Positions 19,171-27,963 of a stretch of DNA of 64,000 bases are shown piece by piece. The stretch lies in sequence record MK509462; one strand, 5' to 3'. Position numbers and translations under genes: made by a program. The DNA is from Shigella phage MK-13. The notes beneath the pieces are model-generated. The model ran no database searches. It had not been told where the DNA came from and was given only the letters and a program-made list of their open reading frames with translations. Position 1 is the stretch's first letter, and each line of letters opens with the position of its first letter.

Positions 19171-19945
19171 TGAACCCAAAGGTGTTGAGCTGAAGGGTAA
19201 ATCTGTTCGCGAAGGTCTGAAGCTGTCTCCAGACCTCCTGAAGTCCCACATTGCTGAAGTCATCTATGAAGACCGTGAAGTCGGTGGTCATCGTGTCATC
19301 ACCTGCCATTTCAAGATGGACAACGGCTTTGTCGTCTTTGGTAAGAATAGCTCTACTTCCATCGACCCTGCCAACTTTGATGAAGAGTTGGGCAAGAAGC
19401 TGGCCTATGACAAGACTTTCTCCCAGTTGTGGGAACTGGAAGCCTACCGCGCCGTTGTGGAGAAGCAGATGTTGGAGGTGGCTACCGCCGATGCGAAGAT
19501 AGACATTTTCCAGTACATCTTCGAAAGGGGGAAGATAAACCAGATGGCTGGTATGGCATTCTTGAAAGGTCATAGCCAGTCTTTCGTGTTCCATCATCCA
19601 CGAGACCCAAGTCGCGGATTCGGTGCTGAATTTATTCATACCGACAACGAACTTCACAATGACCAACACAACAGCAAAGTCCAGGCCAGAGTGGAAACAT
19701 ATTTGCGTTCACACATGCGGCCTGATGAACTGTATTCTGAACTCGTTGTTCGCCTGGCCAAGACTTGCACGGCGGCTTACAAGGGTGGGATCTACTTTAA
19801 TGCCACCACTTGGGATAAGATGAGCGCCGAAGAGCAGAAAGGCTGCTGTGAAGACATTAGGCGGCTCTTGCTGGCTCCGGCGGATTATATCCCAACCGAC
19901 CAGAAGGACGCGCTGTTCAAGGCCATCGTCGATTCCTACAAATAA
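19151..19945 (+). CDS. hypothetical protein (264 aa)
   Basis: ORF overlapping upstream gene end; no motif recognised. Confidence 0.5.
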   Translation: MATINRNEPKGVELKGKSVREGLKLSPDLLKSHIAEVIYEDREVGGHRVITCHFKMDNGFVVFGKNSSTSIDPANFDEELGKKLAYDKTFSQLWELEAYRAVVEKQMLEVATADAKIDIFQYIFERGKINQMAGMAFLKGHSQSFVFHHPRDPSRGFGAEFIHTDNELHNDQHNSKVQARVETYLRSHMRPDELYSELVVRLAKTCTAAYKGGIYFNATTWDKMSAEEQKGCCEDIRRLLLAPADYIPTDQKDALFKAIVDSYK

Positions 19946-20055
19946 CTGAATTATCAAACTCCTTCAATATCAATGACGCCCAGTATATTTGCTGGGTGTT
20001 TCAATTTGTGCATCACAGTATAATACGGCTGTACAATACACCATGAGGCTACATT

Positions 20056-20910
20056 ATGTTTCGTTTGAAATTGAACGACCAAGATGTGTTCTACAAACAC
20101 TTCACCTTCCCAGGTGGTGAGGAACATATCAAGATCCAAAAGTCTGGTATCCCTATCGGCCACGTCCAGAACGTGGCGATTGATGCTCACATCAAATCAT
20201 CAGCCGACTTCGTTGAGCTGGCACTGCTGGTTAACGCCGTGCGCGGCCTGGGTAACGTGGACCGTCTGACGACCTTCCATGCGTATATCCCTTACTTCCC
20301 GTATGCTCGCCAGGACCGCCATTGCGACTTCGGCGAGCCTCTGTCCGTGAAGTGGGCGGCTGAGTTCATCAATAGCATGAACTTTGACCGCGTGGCGATC
20401 AAAGACCCTCACAGCCATGTTGTGTCTTCTCTTATCAACAACGTCCATGTGGTCCCGCAAGATTACATCGTGCGGCAGTATCTGGGCTGGTTCATCCGTG
20501 GGAACAACGCTGTGTTGGTAGCCCCTGACGGCGGCGCGGCTAAGAAGACCGAAGCCCTCAGCCTGTCTCTGGATGGCGTTCCTGTTGTCTACGGACACAA
20601 GAACCGTGACGCCAAGACTGGTGAGATCATTGGGGTGAGTATTACAACCCCTGAACTGATCAAAGACCGTTATCTGGTGGTGGTCGATGATATCTGCGAC
20701 GGTGGGCGCACGTTCGTTGAGTTAGGCAAAGAGCTTCAGAAGCACAAGCCCAAACACATGACGCTCTTCGTTACCCATGGCATCTTCAGCAAAGGGCTTT
20801 CCGTGTTCGACGGGATCTACGATGCTGTGTATGCCGACACTGTCTGGTGGGAGAATATCACCGCCGACGGTCTTCCTTTCAAAACTGAAAATACAGGACG
20901 TGTAAAATGA
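20056..20910 (+). CDS. ribose-phosphate pyrophosphokinase (Prs)-like; candidate ADP-ribose pyrophosphokinase
   Basis: Prs signature YFPYARQDR and PRPP-binding loop VVVDDICDGGRT. Confidence 0.85.
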   Translation: MFRLKLNDQDVFYKHFTFPGGEEHIKIQKSGIPIGHVQNVAIDAHIKSSADFVELALLVNAVRGLGNVDRLTTFHAYIPYFPYARQDRHCDFGEPLSVKWAAEFINSMNFDRVAIKDPHSHVVSSLINNVHVVPQDYIVRQYLGWFIRGNNAVLVAPDGGAAKKTEALSLSLDGVPVVYGHKNRDAKTGEIIGVSITTPELIKDRYLVVVDDICDGGRTFVELGKELQKHKPKHMTLFVTHGIFSKGLSVFDGIYDAVYADTVWWENITADGLPFKTENTGRVK

Positions 20911-22571
20911 GCATGCGCCACTTAGACCCAATCCATGCAATCGACTTCTACAAATCAGGGCACATCTATCAGTTCCCTGAAGGCAGCGAGCTGGTGTTCT
21001 CCAACGGAACTCCGCGCTCCAACAAACTGTTCAACTCTCACCTGCCGAAGAACGGCGTGGTGGTCTGGGGCATCCAGGGTTTCATGACTTGGTTCCATGA
21101 ACTGTTTGACGAAGCATTCTTCCAGCGCCCGAAGGCCAAGGTGTTGAAGAAGTATGCCCGTCGCATGAACAAAGTCCTGGGTCCAGGCCGCGTCGGCACA
21201 GAGCATATTGAAGCCCTGCATGACCTCGGCTACCTGCCTATCGAAGTCCGCGCGCTGCCTGAAGGCACCATGTGCCCGTATGGCGTTCCGGTGTATGTGA
21301 TGTTCAACACCCTGCCGGAGTTCTACTGGCTGACCAACTATCTGGAGACTGTGTTCAGCTCTGAGATCTGGAAGCCGATGACGAACGCCACTATCGCTCT
21401 GCATTACAAGGCACTGATGGTGAAAGCTGCCCTCGCTACAGGCGTGTCACCGGACCATTGGTTCATCGACTACCAAGGCCACGACTTCTCCTTCCGTGGC
21501 ATGAGCGGGTGGCATGACGCGGCGTCTTCCGGTTCCGGTCATCTGGTGTTCTTCAAAGGCACCGATACCAACCCTGCCCTGGACTTCGTTGAAGAGTATT
21601 ATGGCGCAGACATCGACGAAGACTATGTCGTTGCTGGCTCCGTTGCGGCTACAGAACACGCCGTGATGTGTATGGGTACGAAGGATGGTGAATTCGAAAC
21701 CTTCCGCCGCCTGGTGCAGGACGTGTATCCTGATGGCATCGTCAGCATCGTGTCTGATGCGTGGGATTACTGGCAGGTCATCGACGACTATCTCCCTCGC
21801 CTGAAAGATATTATCATGGCGCGTAACGGTAAAGTCGTGATCCGCCCTGACTCGGGCGACCCAGTTCATATCGTCGGCGGCTACCGCATTGAGGGGTTCA
21901 AAGACCGCGCCACGCTGAACATCAGCGGCGTGTCTAGCAGCACTGAAGTCATTCACATCGAAGAGACGAACACCTATCACCTGATCACAGGCGAAGGCAC
22001 GATCAACTCTCTGATGGCAGACGACCGTAATATCATCAGCCGTTCTGAAGCAGTCGGCTCTATCCAGCGACTGTGGGAGATCTTTGGCGGTACTCAAACT
22101 GAAACTGGCCACTTCCTGTTGGACGAACACATCGGTCTGATCTACGGTGACTCCATCACCCTGGCGCGTGAAGACCAGATCTTTAGCCGTCTGGCTGGCC
22201 GGAACTTCGCTTCCATCAACGTGGTGTTCGGTATCGGTTCCTACACCTACCAGATGAACACCCGTGACAGTACTGGCACGGCGGTGAAAGCAACGGCTGG
22301 TAAGGTGAACGGTGAATTCCGTGAGATCTTCAAAGAGCCGAAGACCGACAAAGGCGGGACTAAAAAGTCTGCGCGTGGTTTCCTTAAAGTCATTAAAGAC
22401 TCTCAGGGTAAACTAGTGTTGGTTGACGGTATCACCTTTGATCAGGTGCAAGACGCCGACAACCAGCACCAGCTGGTGTATCGTGATGGCAAGTTCTTCA
22501 ACACTCAAACTCTGGAAGATGCGCGTGTCCGCGCCGCTCCTCTGGTAGCAGAACTGGCATCACAAATCTGA
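20907..22571 (+). CDS. nicotinamide phosphoribosyltransferase (Nampt/NadV)-like; candidate nicotinamide ADP-ribose transferase
   Basis: N-terminal DFYKSGHIYQFP matches Nampt DSYKVTHYKQYP block; length 554 aa; start overlaps Prs stop (ATGA). Confidence 0.85.
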   Translation: MSMRHLDPIHAIDFYKSGHIYQFPEGSELVFSNGTPRSNKLFNSHLPKNGVVVWGIQGFMTWFHELFDEAFFQRPKAKVLKKYARRMNKVLGPGRVGTEHIEALHDLGYLPIEVRALPEGTMCPYGVPVYVMFNTLPEFYWLTNYLETVFSSEIWKPMTNATIALHYKALMVKAALATGVSPDHWFIDYQGHDFSFRGMSGWHDAASSGSGHLVFFKGTDTNPALDFVEEYYGADIDEDYVVAGSVAATEHAVMCMGTKDGEFETFRRLVQDVYPDGIVSIVSDAWDYWQVIDDYLPRLKDIIMARNGKVVIRPDSGDPVHIVGGYRIEGFKDRATLNISGVSSSTEVIHIEETNTYHLITGEGTINSLMADDRNIISRSEAVGSIQRLWEIFGGTQTETGHFLLDEHIGLIYGDSITLAREDQIFSRLAGRNFASINVVFGIGSYTYQMNTRDSTGTAVKATAGKVNGEFREIFKEPKTDKGGTKKSARGFLKVIKDSQGKLVLVDGITFDQVQDADNQHQLVYRDGKFFNTQTLEDARVRAAPLVAELASQI

Positions 22572-22613
22572 TAACCGAAGGGGAGGAAACTCCCCTGTTT
22601 TGAGGGAAACCTG

Positions 22614-22973
22614 ATGTCTGTGAAGATGAAAGGTGTCGAGTTCAATGCGTACTACCACGATGATGAATATTGGGTGAACGGCGCTTGGCACGACGATCAT
22701 TGCATCAAAGTCAATGGTGAATATCGCGAAGATGTAGACGCAGATATCCCCGATGACGCCGATGTGGTTATTGAATCCGGCGTGGTCTATGTTCCTGTGA
22801 ATGGCGAAAGCGGGGTGGAAGAAAAAGACATCTCACTCGTCACCCATTTCAAGAACTGGCGCAAACAGAAGAATTTCTCCTTCATTGTCGTGACGGTGGA
22901 GAAGAACAAGGTCGCCGATGTTCGCCAAGCCCTGCGGTCGATCCCTGGTGTCACCGAAGTCAAAGGTGGCTGA
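22614..22973 (+). CDS. hypothetical acidic protein (119 aa)
   Basis: ORF with GAGGGAAA RBS. Confidence 0.45.
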   Translation: MSVKMKGVEFNAYYHDDEYWVNGAWHDDHCIKVNGEYREDVDADIPDDADVVIESGVVYVPVNGESGVEEKDISLVTHFKNWRKQKNFSFIVVTVEKNKVADVRQALRSIPGVTEVKGG

Positions 22974-22975
22974 CA

Positions 22976-23145
22976 TGGCCAAACCATTTGAACGTGCGGG
23001 CGTCGACAACCTCGACCGCCGCTTTAGCCCATCGGAAACGCTGATGAGTCAGATTGAACTCAATCGCGATTTCCTGGAACACATGCTGGTCAAGCCGGAA
23101 GGTGAGGCCGAAGACAACCCTGAAGAAGGCAATAACGATGATTGA
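22976..23145 (+). CDS. hypothetical small acidic protein (56 aa)
   Basis: Short ORF tightly packed between neighbours. Confidence 0.3.
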
Positions 23146-25339
23146 ATCATTAGAATTTAAGAATGCGGTTGAGACTGCTGCCCCGTCCAACCATGTAATC
23201 GTTGTGGACATCTCTTATTCGATGTACCGTGCGCTCCCTGAAGTCCGTAAGCATCTGAAGGAGAACCTGCCTTCTCTGGTGAAACCGGAAGACACTGTGA
23301 GTGTTCTGTATTTCTCCTCCAAAGGCGACTTTGGCACAGTGTTTGCTGGTCGTCAAATCAGCGCGGCTTCCGACCTGAGTGAGATGAACAAACTGATCGA
23401 CCGCTTCCTACAACCGTCCGGATGCACCGGATTCGTGGAACCTCTGGGTCTGGCTGTAGACACCGCTCGTAGTCTGAAGAAGCCTGGTTATGTCAACAAC
23501 CTGGCATTCATGACCGACGGCTATGACAACTGCTGGCGCTCCAATGAAATCCTGGCCGTCGCCGAAACCCTGCCATTTGCTTTCGATAACATTACATTTA
23601 TCGAATACGGCTGGTACTGTAACCGCGAACTGCTGGCTCTGATGTCTGAGCGCTCCGGTGCGACCCACGTGTTTGCCGAAGGTCAGGTTGAGTATCAGGC
23701 CGAGCTGGAAACCGTGCTGAAGTCTTCAGTGCCGAAGGTGGTTGTTGATGTGCCTCTGCTATACACCCACGCCATCTATGTTGAAAACGGCGTGGCAACT
23801 GTTCTGGCAGTACAGGCAGACTCAGAGCATCCCGTTGGCCACGTGAGCATCCCTGAGAGCGTCACGAAGCTGTGGGTCGTCAATCCTAACATGATCGACC
23901 AGCTTGATGCGCTGGCGGACATCCAGGCGGCATACGTGCTGGCGTTCTATGGCGTACACATCATGGACGCCGATTTGGTATGGGCTGCCCTGAAGAAAAC
24001 GGGTGACGTTCGCTTCATCAAACAGTACAGCAACTGCTTCACCAAGCAGGACTACTCCAACATCAAGATCGATCTGGTTCAGGCTATTGTTGACGACCAG
24101 CTGCGCGGCGTTGACGGTATTGACTATGACCTGGTTCCAGCTGAAGATGCGACGACCGTCGTTGACGTGCTGACGTATCTGGCTGAAGCTGGCGTGTGTG
24201 TTGCTACCAAACATCCTATGTTCTCCTACAAGAGCATCGGTCGCGGTACGGCTCAGAAACTGGACGATACCGAAGACAAGCTGGCAGAACAGATCGCGAA
24301 CGCCGAGTCCAAAGAAGAGCGCAAAGCCCTGGCTCTCAAGCTGGCCGAGCACGAAGAGTGGAACCCGACGTTCGAACCTAACAACGATCTGGGTGTTGTG
24401 CCAATCAGCGATTTGGTCTATAACTCCGAACGCCCTAATATCAGTGTACGCACTGTCCAGCACGGCACTGTGGCGATTCCGGAGTTCGTGCAGAAGAAGT
24501 TCGGTCTGCCTGAAGAACTGGATACTTTCCAATGGCGCAACTACACCATCGTCAAAGACGGCATCATCAACGTGAAGACTCTGCCGTTCAGGGCTGATGT
24601 TGAAGTTGTAACCAATCTGTGCCAGATGGGCGTCCATGTGTTCGGTGGTCCGGAAGTGTTTGTCCTGAACCTGGAAAGCGTACCGCTGGTCAACCGCGCC
24701 ATGGTCAAGAACATCAGTGCTGCTCAGTTCTTTGCGGATAATGTCCGTCTGGAAGCCCTGAAAGGCAAGCAGAAGGTGCTGAAGTTCTTCCGTGATGAAC
24801 TGGTTGGCAAAGGTAACGCCAAAGGCCTGGCAGTACAGTACGGTGCTGAGGCGGCCGAGTTCCTGTCCTTCTACGGCATCCGTGATTACGGCTTCTCACC
24901 GAAGACCGAACTGAAGGACTCCACGGATGTCTACATGAGCCGTGAGCTGAACGTTAAGATCGCTGGAGCGTCTTCTCTGCCTAGCATCGCGGCAGTACAG
25001 AAGAAGATTGCCGAGAACAAGAAACTCAATGCGGGTGACTTGTTCATCGCCAATGCTCTGAAGGAATACGAAGCATTCGTGAAGTCTCCTGCGATCACTG
25101 CCGTGCCTGAAGCCGTACAGAAACAGCTGATCGAAAACTGGATCGACGCTGCTGCCAAGGCGGCCATCACTGAAGTCCGCGCCCTGAACAAGACGCTGTC
25201 TAAAGTGGTGTATGGTATCGTTGCTGGTCACGGCTGGTTCACCGACCTCGACCTGGAAGAGTCCACCATGGAAGTTGAAGTGGATGGTGTGAAGTACAAG
25301 GTCACTGCCGAACTGGCAGAGAAAGAGATCAAAATCTAA
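23138..25339 (+). CDS. von Willebrand factor A (vWA) domain protein (733 aa)
   Basis: MIDAS-like VVVDISYSM (D-x-S-x-S) near N-terminus followed by TDG...D elements; long C-terminal extension of unknown function. Confidence 0.65.
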   Translation: MIESLEFKNAVETAAPSNHVIVVDISYSMYRALPEVRKHLKENLPSLVKPEDTVSVLYFSSKGDFGTVFAGRQISAASDLSEMNKLIDRFLQPSGCTGFVEPLGLAVDTARSLKKPGYVNNLAFMTDGYDNCWRSNEILAVAETLPFAFDNITFIEYGWYCNRELLALMSERSGATHVFAEGQVEYQAELETVLKSSVPKVVVDVPLLYTHAIYVENGVATVLAVQADSEHPVGHVSIPESVTKLWVVNPNMIDQLDALADIQAAYVLAFYGVHIMDADLVWAALKKTGDVRFIKQYSNCFTKQDYSNIKIDLVQAIVDDQLRGVDGIDYDLVPAEDATTVVDVLTYLAEAGVCVATKHPMFSYKSIGRGTAQKLDDTEDKLAEQIANAESKEERKALALKLAEHEEWNPTFEPNNDLGVVPISDLVYNSERPNISVRTVQHGTVAIPEFVQKKFGLPEELDTFQWRNYTIVKDGIINVKTLPFRADVEVVTNLCQMGVHVFGGPEVFVLNLESVPLVNRAMVKNISAAQFFADNVRLEALKGKQKVLKFFRDELVGKGNAKGLAVQYGAEAAEFLSFYGIRDYGFSPKTELKDSTDVYMSRELNVKIAGASSLPSIAAVQKKIAENKKLNAGDLFIANALKEYEAFVKSPAITAVPEAVQKQLIENWIDAAAKAAITEVRALNKTLSKVVYGIVAGHGWFTDLDLEESTMEVEVDGVKYKVTAELAEKEIKI

Positions 25340-25381
25340 TCCAACGGGCGGGGCAACCCGCCTTTCTTTGGGAGAAGTAGC

Positions 25382-25708
25382 ATGAGCAGTAAACCAACAT
25401 ATGTTGAAGTCATGCGTCATCTGGCTCAGTACGCCACTGACAATCTGAACTTAGATGCAGACGAGGTGAAATACCCAAACGTCAAGAAAATGATTGACGG
25501 TGAAGTTGCCACAGACGATGCGTTGGATAAGTTTGCAGGCCTCCGCACCAAGAAGGATCTCGGCGGTGATGAACTGGACGCTATCGAAATTGTAATGGAC
25601 CTCGAAGAAGAGTTTCAGGTCGAAATCGACGACGGTTGGCTGGGTAGTAAAGGCGATGACCCGACCATGGGTGAACTCGCTGAACTCGTGGTTGCCCTGC
25701 GCAAATAA
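25382..25708 (+). CDS. acyl carrier protein-like protein lacking the phosphopantetheine-attachment serine
   Basis: DLGGDELDAIEIVMDLEEEFQVEI aligns with ACP helix II [24 protein letters not shown] but has Glu where the modified Ser should be. Confidence 0.7.
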   Translation: MSSKPTYVEVMRHLAQYATDNLNLDADEVKYPNVKKMIDGEVATDDALDKFAGLRTKKDLGGDELDAIEIVMDLEEEFQVEIDDGWLGSKGDDPTMGELAELVVALRK

Positions 25709-25714
25709 CAGAAG

Positions 25715-25739
25715 TCCCCAACGTTTGTTGGGGATTTTT
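25715..25739 (+). terminator. rho-independent terminator
   Basis: tccccaacgtttgttgggga followed by T-run. Confidence 0.7.
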
Positions 25740-25749
25740 ACTTTTAGGG

Positions 25750-25779
25750 GTTTACTTCCTCTAAGGAATATCCTATTAT
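25750..25779 (+). promoter_or_regulatory. T4-type early promoter (-35 GTTTAC, -10 TATTAT)
   Basis: GTTTAC, 18-nt spacer, TATTAT directly after terminator. Confidence 0.45.
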
Positions 25780-25831
25780 TCAATAACTGGCGAACGATGG
25801 GGTTCACCAGGTTGAAAGGTAAGATTATATC

Positions 25832-26071
25832 ATGAAGAACAAAATGGTCGAAACTTCAGTAGAGATTGATCGCAATTGGGGCTTGCTCCGCGCTAAAGGG
25901 TTCCGCCGTGTGTATGCGACCAAAGAGGTATATGCCCAGCGCCGTGACGTTATCATCAGCAAGAAGGGCAAAGAGTGGGTTGCTGAAGAAGTCGATGTTG
26001 AGACAGGCGTCGTCGGCAAGGTGAAAGCCAAGGCCGCGATCCTCTTCGCTCTTCTGAAGCACATCAGCTAA
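25832..26071 (+). CDS. hypothetical protein (79 aa)
   Basis: ORF with conserved aaggtaagattatatcATG context. Confidence 0.4.
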   Translation: MKNKMVETSVEIDRNWGLLRAKGFRRVYATKEVYAQRRDVIISKKGKEWVAEEVDVETGVVGKVKAKAAILFALLKHIS

Positions 26072-26083
26072 TTCTATAAACTC

Positions 26084-26133
26084 CGGCGGGGTATGATTAC
26101 CCCGTCTATTTGAAATGCAGGAACTATATCATG
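26084..26133 (+). repeat. intergenic hairpin cassette copy 1 (near-identical copy at 26643..26692)
   Basis: cggcggggtatgattaccccg...atttgaaa...tatatcATG; about 40 of 50 positions shared with copy 2. Confidence 0.7.
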
Positions 26134-26637
26134 ACCGATCAACAAATTCAAGATTTATTTTACCTCGCCCATGATAAGTCCCACATCATGCGCCCCGGTA
26201 CTGTTTCCCCTGCCGTCCGTGATCTGGTGCAAGAATTACGCGAACCACAGACGACCACACTTTATCGCGGGCTGCCTAAGGAGGACGTTGCGCGTTTAGA
26301 GATGTTGTTTGAACGAGGCGACATGTTCCAGACATGGGATTCTTGTCTTAGCTTCAGTGAACTGAAGCATGTGGCCAAACAATTTTCTAAATCGTACGGA
26401 ACCAAAGCTGTTGCCCGCATTTGTTACAAACATCGAAACGGACTCCCGGAGGGGCTTAATGTCTATGGTTCTCTAGAAAAATTTGTGAACAAAGGCGATG
26501 AATCAGAAATGGATATGCTGGACTTGGCGTCCATGGAGAAAGAATGGATATTCTGCCAGCCTCGCGTCATACCAGTTTCAAGAAAAATGGCAACAGACGG
26601 GACGATGGTTTTTACCGTATCACTTGTTACCCTATAA
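26131..26637 (+). CDS. hypothetical protein (168 aa), flanked by direct-repeat cassettes
   Basis: Start placed at ATG after conserved ctatatc context; bracketed by the 26084 and 26643 repeats. Confidence 0.5.
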   Translation: MTDQQIQDLFYLAHDKSHIMRPGTVSPAVRDLVQELREPQTTTLYRGLPKEDVARLEMLFERGDMFQTWDSCLSFSELKHVAKQFSKSYGTKAVARICYKHRNGLPEGLNVYGSLEKFVNKGDESEMDMLDLASMEKEWIFCQPRVIPVSRKMATDGTMVFTVSLVTL

Positions 26638-26642
26638 ACCCA

Positions 26643-26692
26643 CGGCGGGGTATGATTACCCCGCCCATTTGAAACCAAGAGACTATATCATG
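26643..26692 (+). repeat. intergenic hairpin cassette copy 2
   Basis: See copy 1. Confidence 0.7.
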
Positions 26693-27064
26693 AAAAAGTT
26701 AATCCTCGCTGTTGCCCTGCTGGGTGCTTCCTTTGCTGCTGTTTCCGCCCCTCCTGTCATCACCGGAGTGTCTACCAACGGCGTTTATGCTTTCAAGGCG
26801 TATGGCCAAGACCTCGTTCTGTATAAGAACGGGAAGATGATTGAGCGCTGTGTAGCGGATGGTGTAAACCGTGGGATCGACAATCAGGGCAGTCCGTTCA
26901 TCCTGGACTTCTATGCCTGCTCCAACGGGACGAAGACCTTTGGTGTCAAGACCTTCGGCAACGTCGCCGACGGCGGCTGGGGCTTCATGATCGAAACCCG
27001 CAACCGCCGCCCGGTCACGACCATTGAAGAAGAGTTCTTGATCTCTGTCGGGGGCACGTTATGA
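26690..27064 (+). CDS. putative secreted protein (signal peptide, 124 aa)
   Basis: N-terminus MKKLILAVALLGASFAAVSA is a classical Sec signal peptide. Confidence 0.5.
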   Translation: MKKLILAVALLGASFAAVSAPPVITGVSTNGVYAFKAYGQDLVLYKNGKMIERCVADGVNRGIDNQGSPFILDFYACSNGTKTFGVKTFGNVADGGWGFMIETRNRRPVTTIEEEFLISVGGTL

Positions 27065-27348
27065 CACCATCAGAGAGAAGTTCTATCAAGGAGATGATCA
27101 GAGACAAGGCGTGTGTTGGCCATACTCAGTCAGAGAACATCTTGCGCCTGATGGAGGTCAAGAATCATATCGACAATGGCCGATTCCAATCAGCGTTGTA
27201 TGGTATGCTGGAGTTTATATCGCGGTCATCTGATCTTGGCACGGTCCGATATCTTGACGATCTGACCAAGCTGCTGAACACGGGCGGGGAAACTTTCGAC
27301 ACCGCTCGTATCCTGATTGACGGTGGACCTGAAGAAGACGAGGTGTGA
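27061..27348 (+). CDS. hypothetical protein (95 aa)
   Basis: ORF overlapping upstream stop (ATGA). Confidence 0.45.
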   Translation: MTPSERSSIKEMIRDKACVGHTQSENILRLMEVKNHIDNGRFQSALYGMLEFISRSSDLGTVRYLDDLTKLLNTGGETFDTARILIDGGPEEDEV

Positions 27349-27458
27349 TGGTGGACATTGAATTTTGGGGTTGGCTTATTGGATGTTCATTGGGCGTCTT
27401 GCTCGTTTTGTTGTGTGAATATCTCGGAGCCGTACTGTGTAAGACATTTCACGCCTAA
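27348..27458 (+). CDS. hypothetical small membrane peptide (36 aa)
   Basis: Sub-threshold ORF, start overlaps upstream stop; single hydrophobic helix GWLIGCSLGVLLVLL. Confidence 0.3.
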   Translation: MVDIEFWGWLIGCSLGVLLVLLCEYLGAVLCKTFHA

Positions 27459-27491
27459 CTAAGGGATAATCCATATCCCGAGGTGAATCTC

Positions 27492-27941
27492 ATGTTCATG
27501 TCTTCCTTCATAGACTGGTTGAACATTATCAACGGCCTGAGGATTCCTGTCGGAAACCTCGGGCTTTCTCGTTCTTCTATGCCACAGATCGACGATGACA
27601 AGCAGCAGGCGTTCCATGACTACCTGGAGGAACTTGGCATCACCATCGACGCTGGCCAGGTTCCTATCAAATCCCTCCGTCTCACCCAGAACGAAATCAA
27701 CAAGATGAAGGTCTGGAAGATCATGAAGAACATCAGAAACAAGAAGCCCATGGGTCGGGTTTGGGTGTCTTCTGATAACTATGTGGTCGACGGCTCGCAC
27801 CGCTATGTCGCCGCCCTGAACATGGATGACCGTCAGCGCATCAAGGTCTACAAAGTGGACATGCCAGCGATGGAGTTCGTCAAGGTCGCCAAGCAGTTCA
27901 AGGGTGTGAAGTTCAGAACCGTGTCTGACGCTCGCTTCTGA
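27492..27941 (+). CDS. ParB/sulfiredoxin-like nuclease-domain protein
   Basis: VVDGSHRYVAA resembles ParB N-terminal-domain GxxR-type motif; GAGG RBS. Confidence 0.45.
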   Translation: MFMSSFIDWLNIINGLRIPVGNLGLSRSSMPQIDDDKQQAFHDYLEELGITIDAGQVPIKSLRLTQNEINKMKVWKIMKNIRNKKPMGRVWVSSDNYVVDGSHRYVAALNMDDRQRIKVYKVDMPAMEFVKVAKQFKGVKFRTVSDARF

Positions 27942-27963
27942 ATACGATAGTTTATTGAAACCC

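Noticed and set aside
23822-24637. 271-aa minus-strand ORF
   Set aside because: Antisense to the vWA-domain gene; no RBS and an unprotein-like composition.
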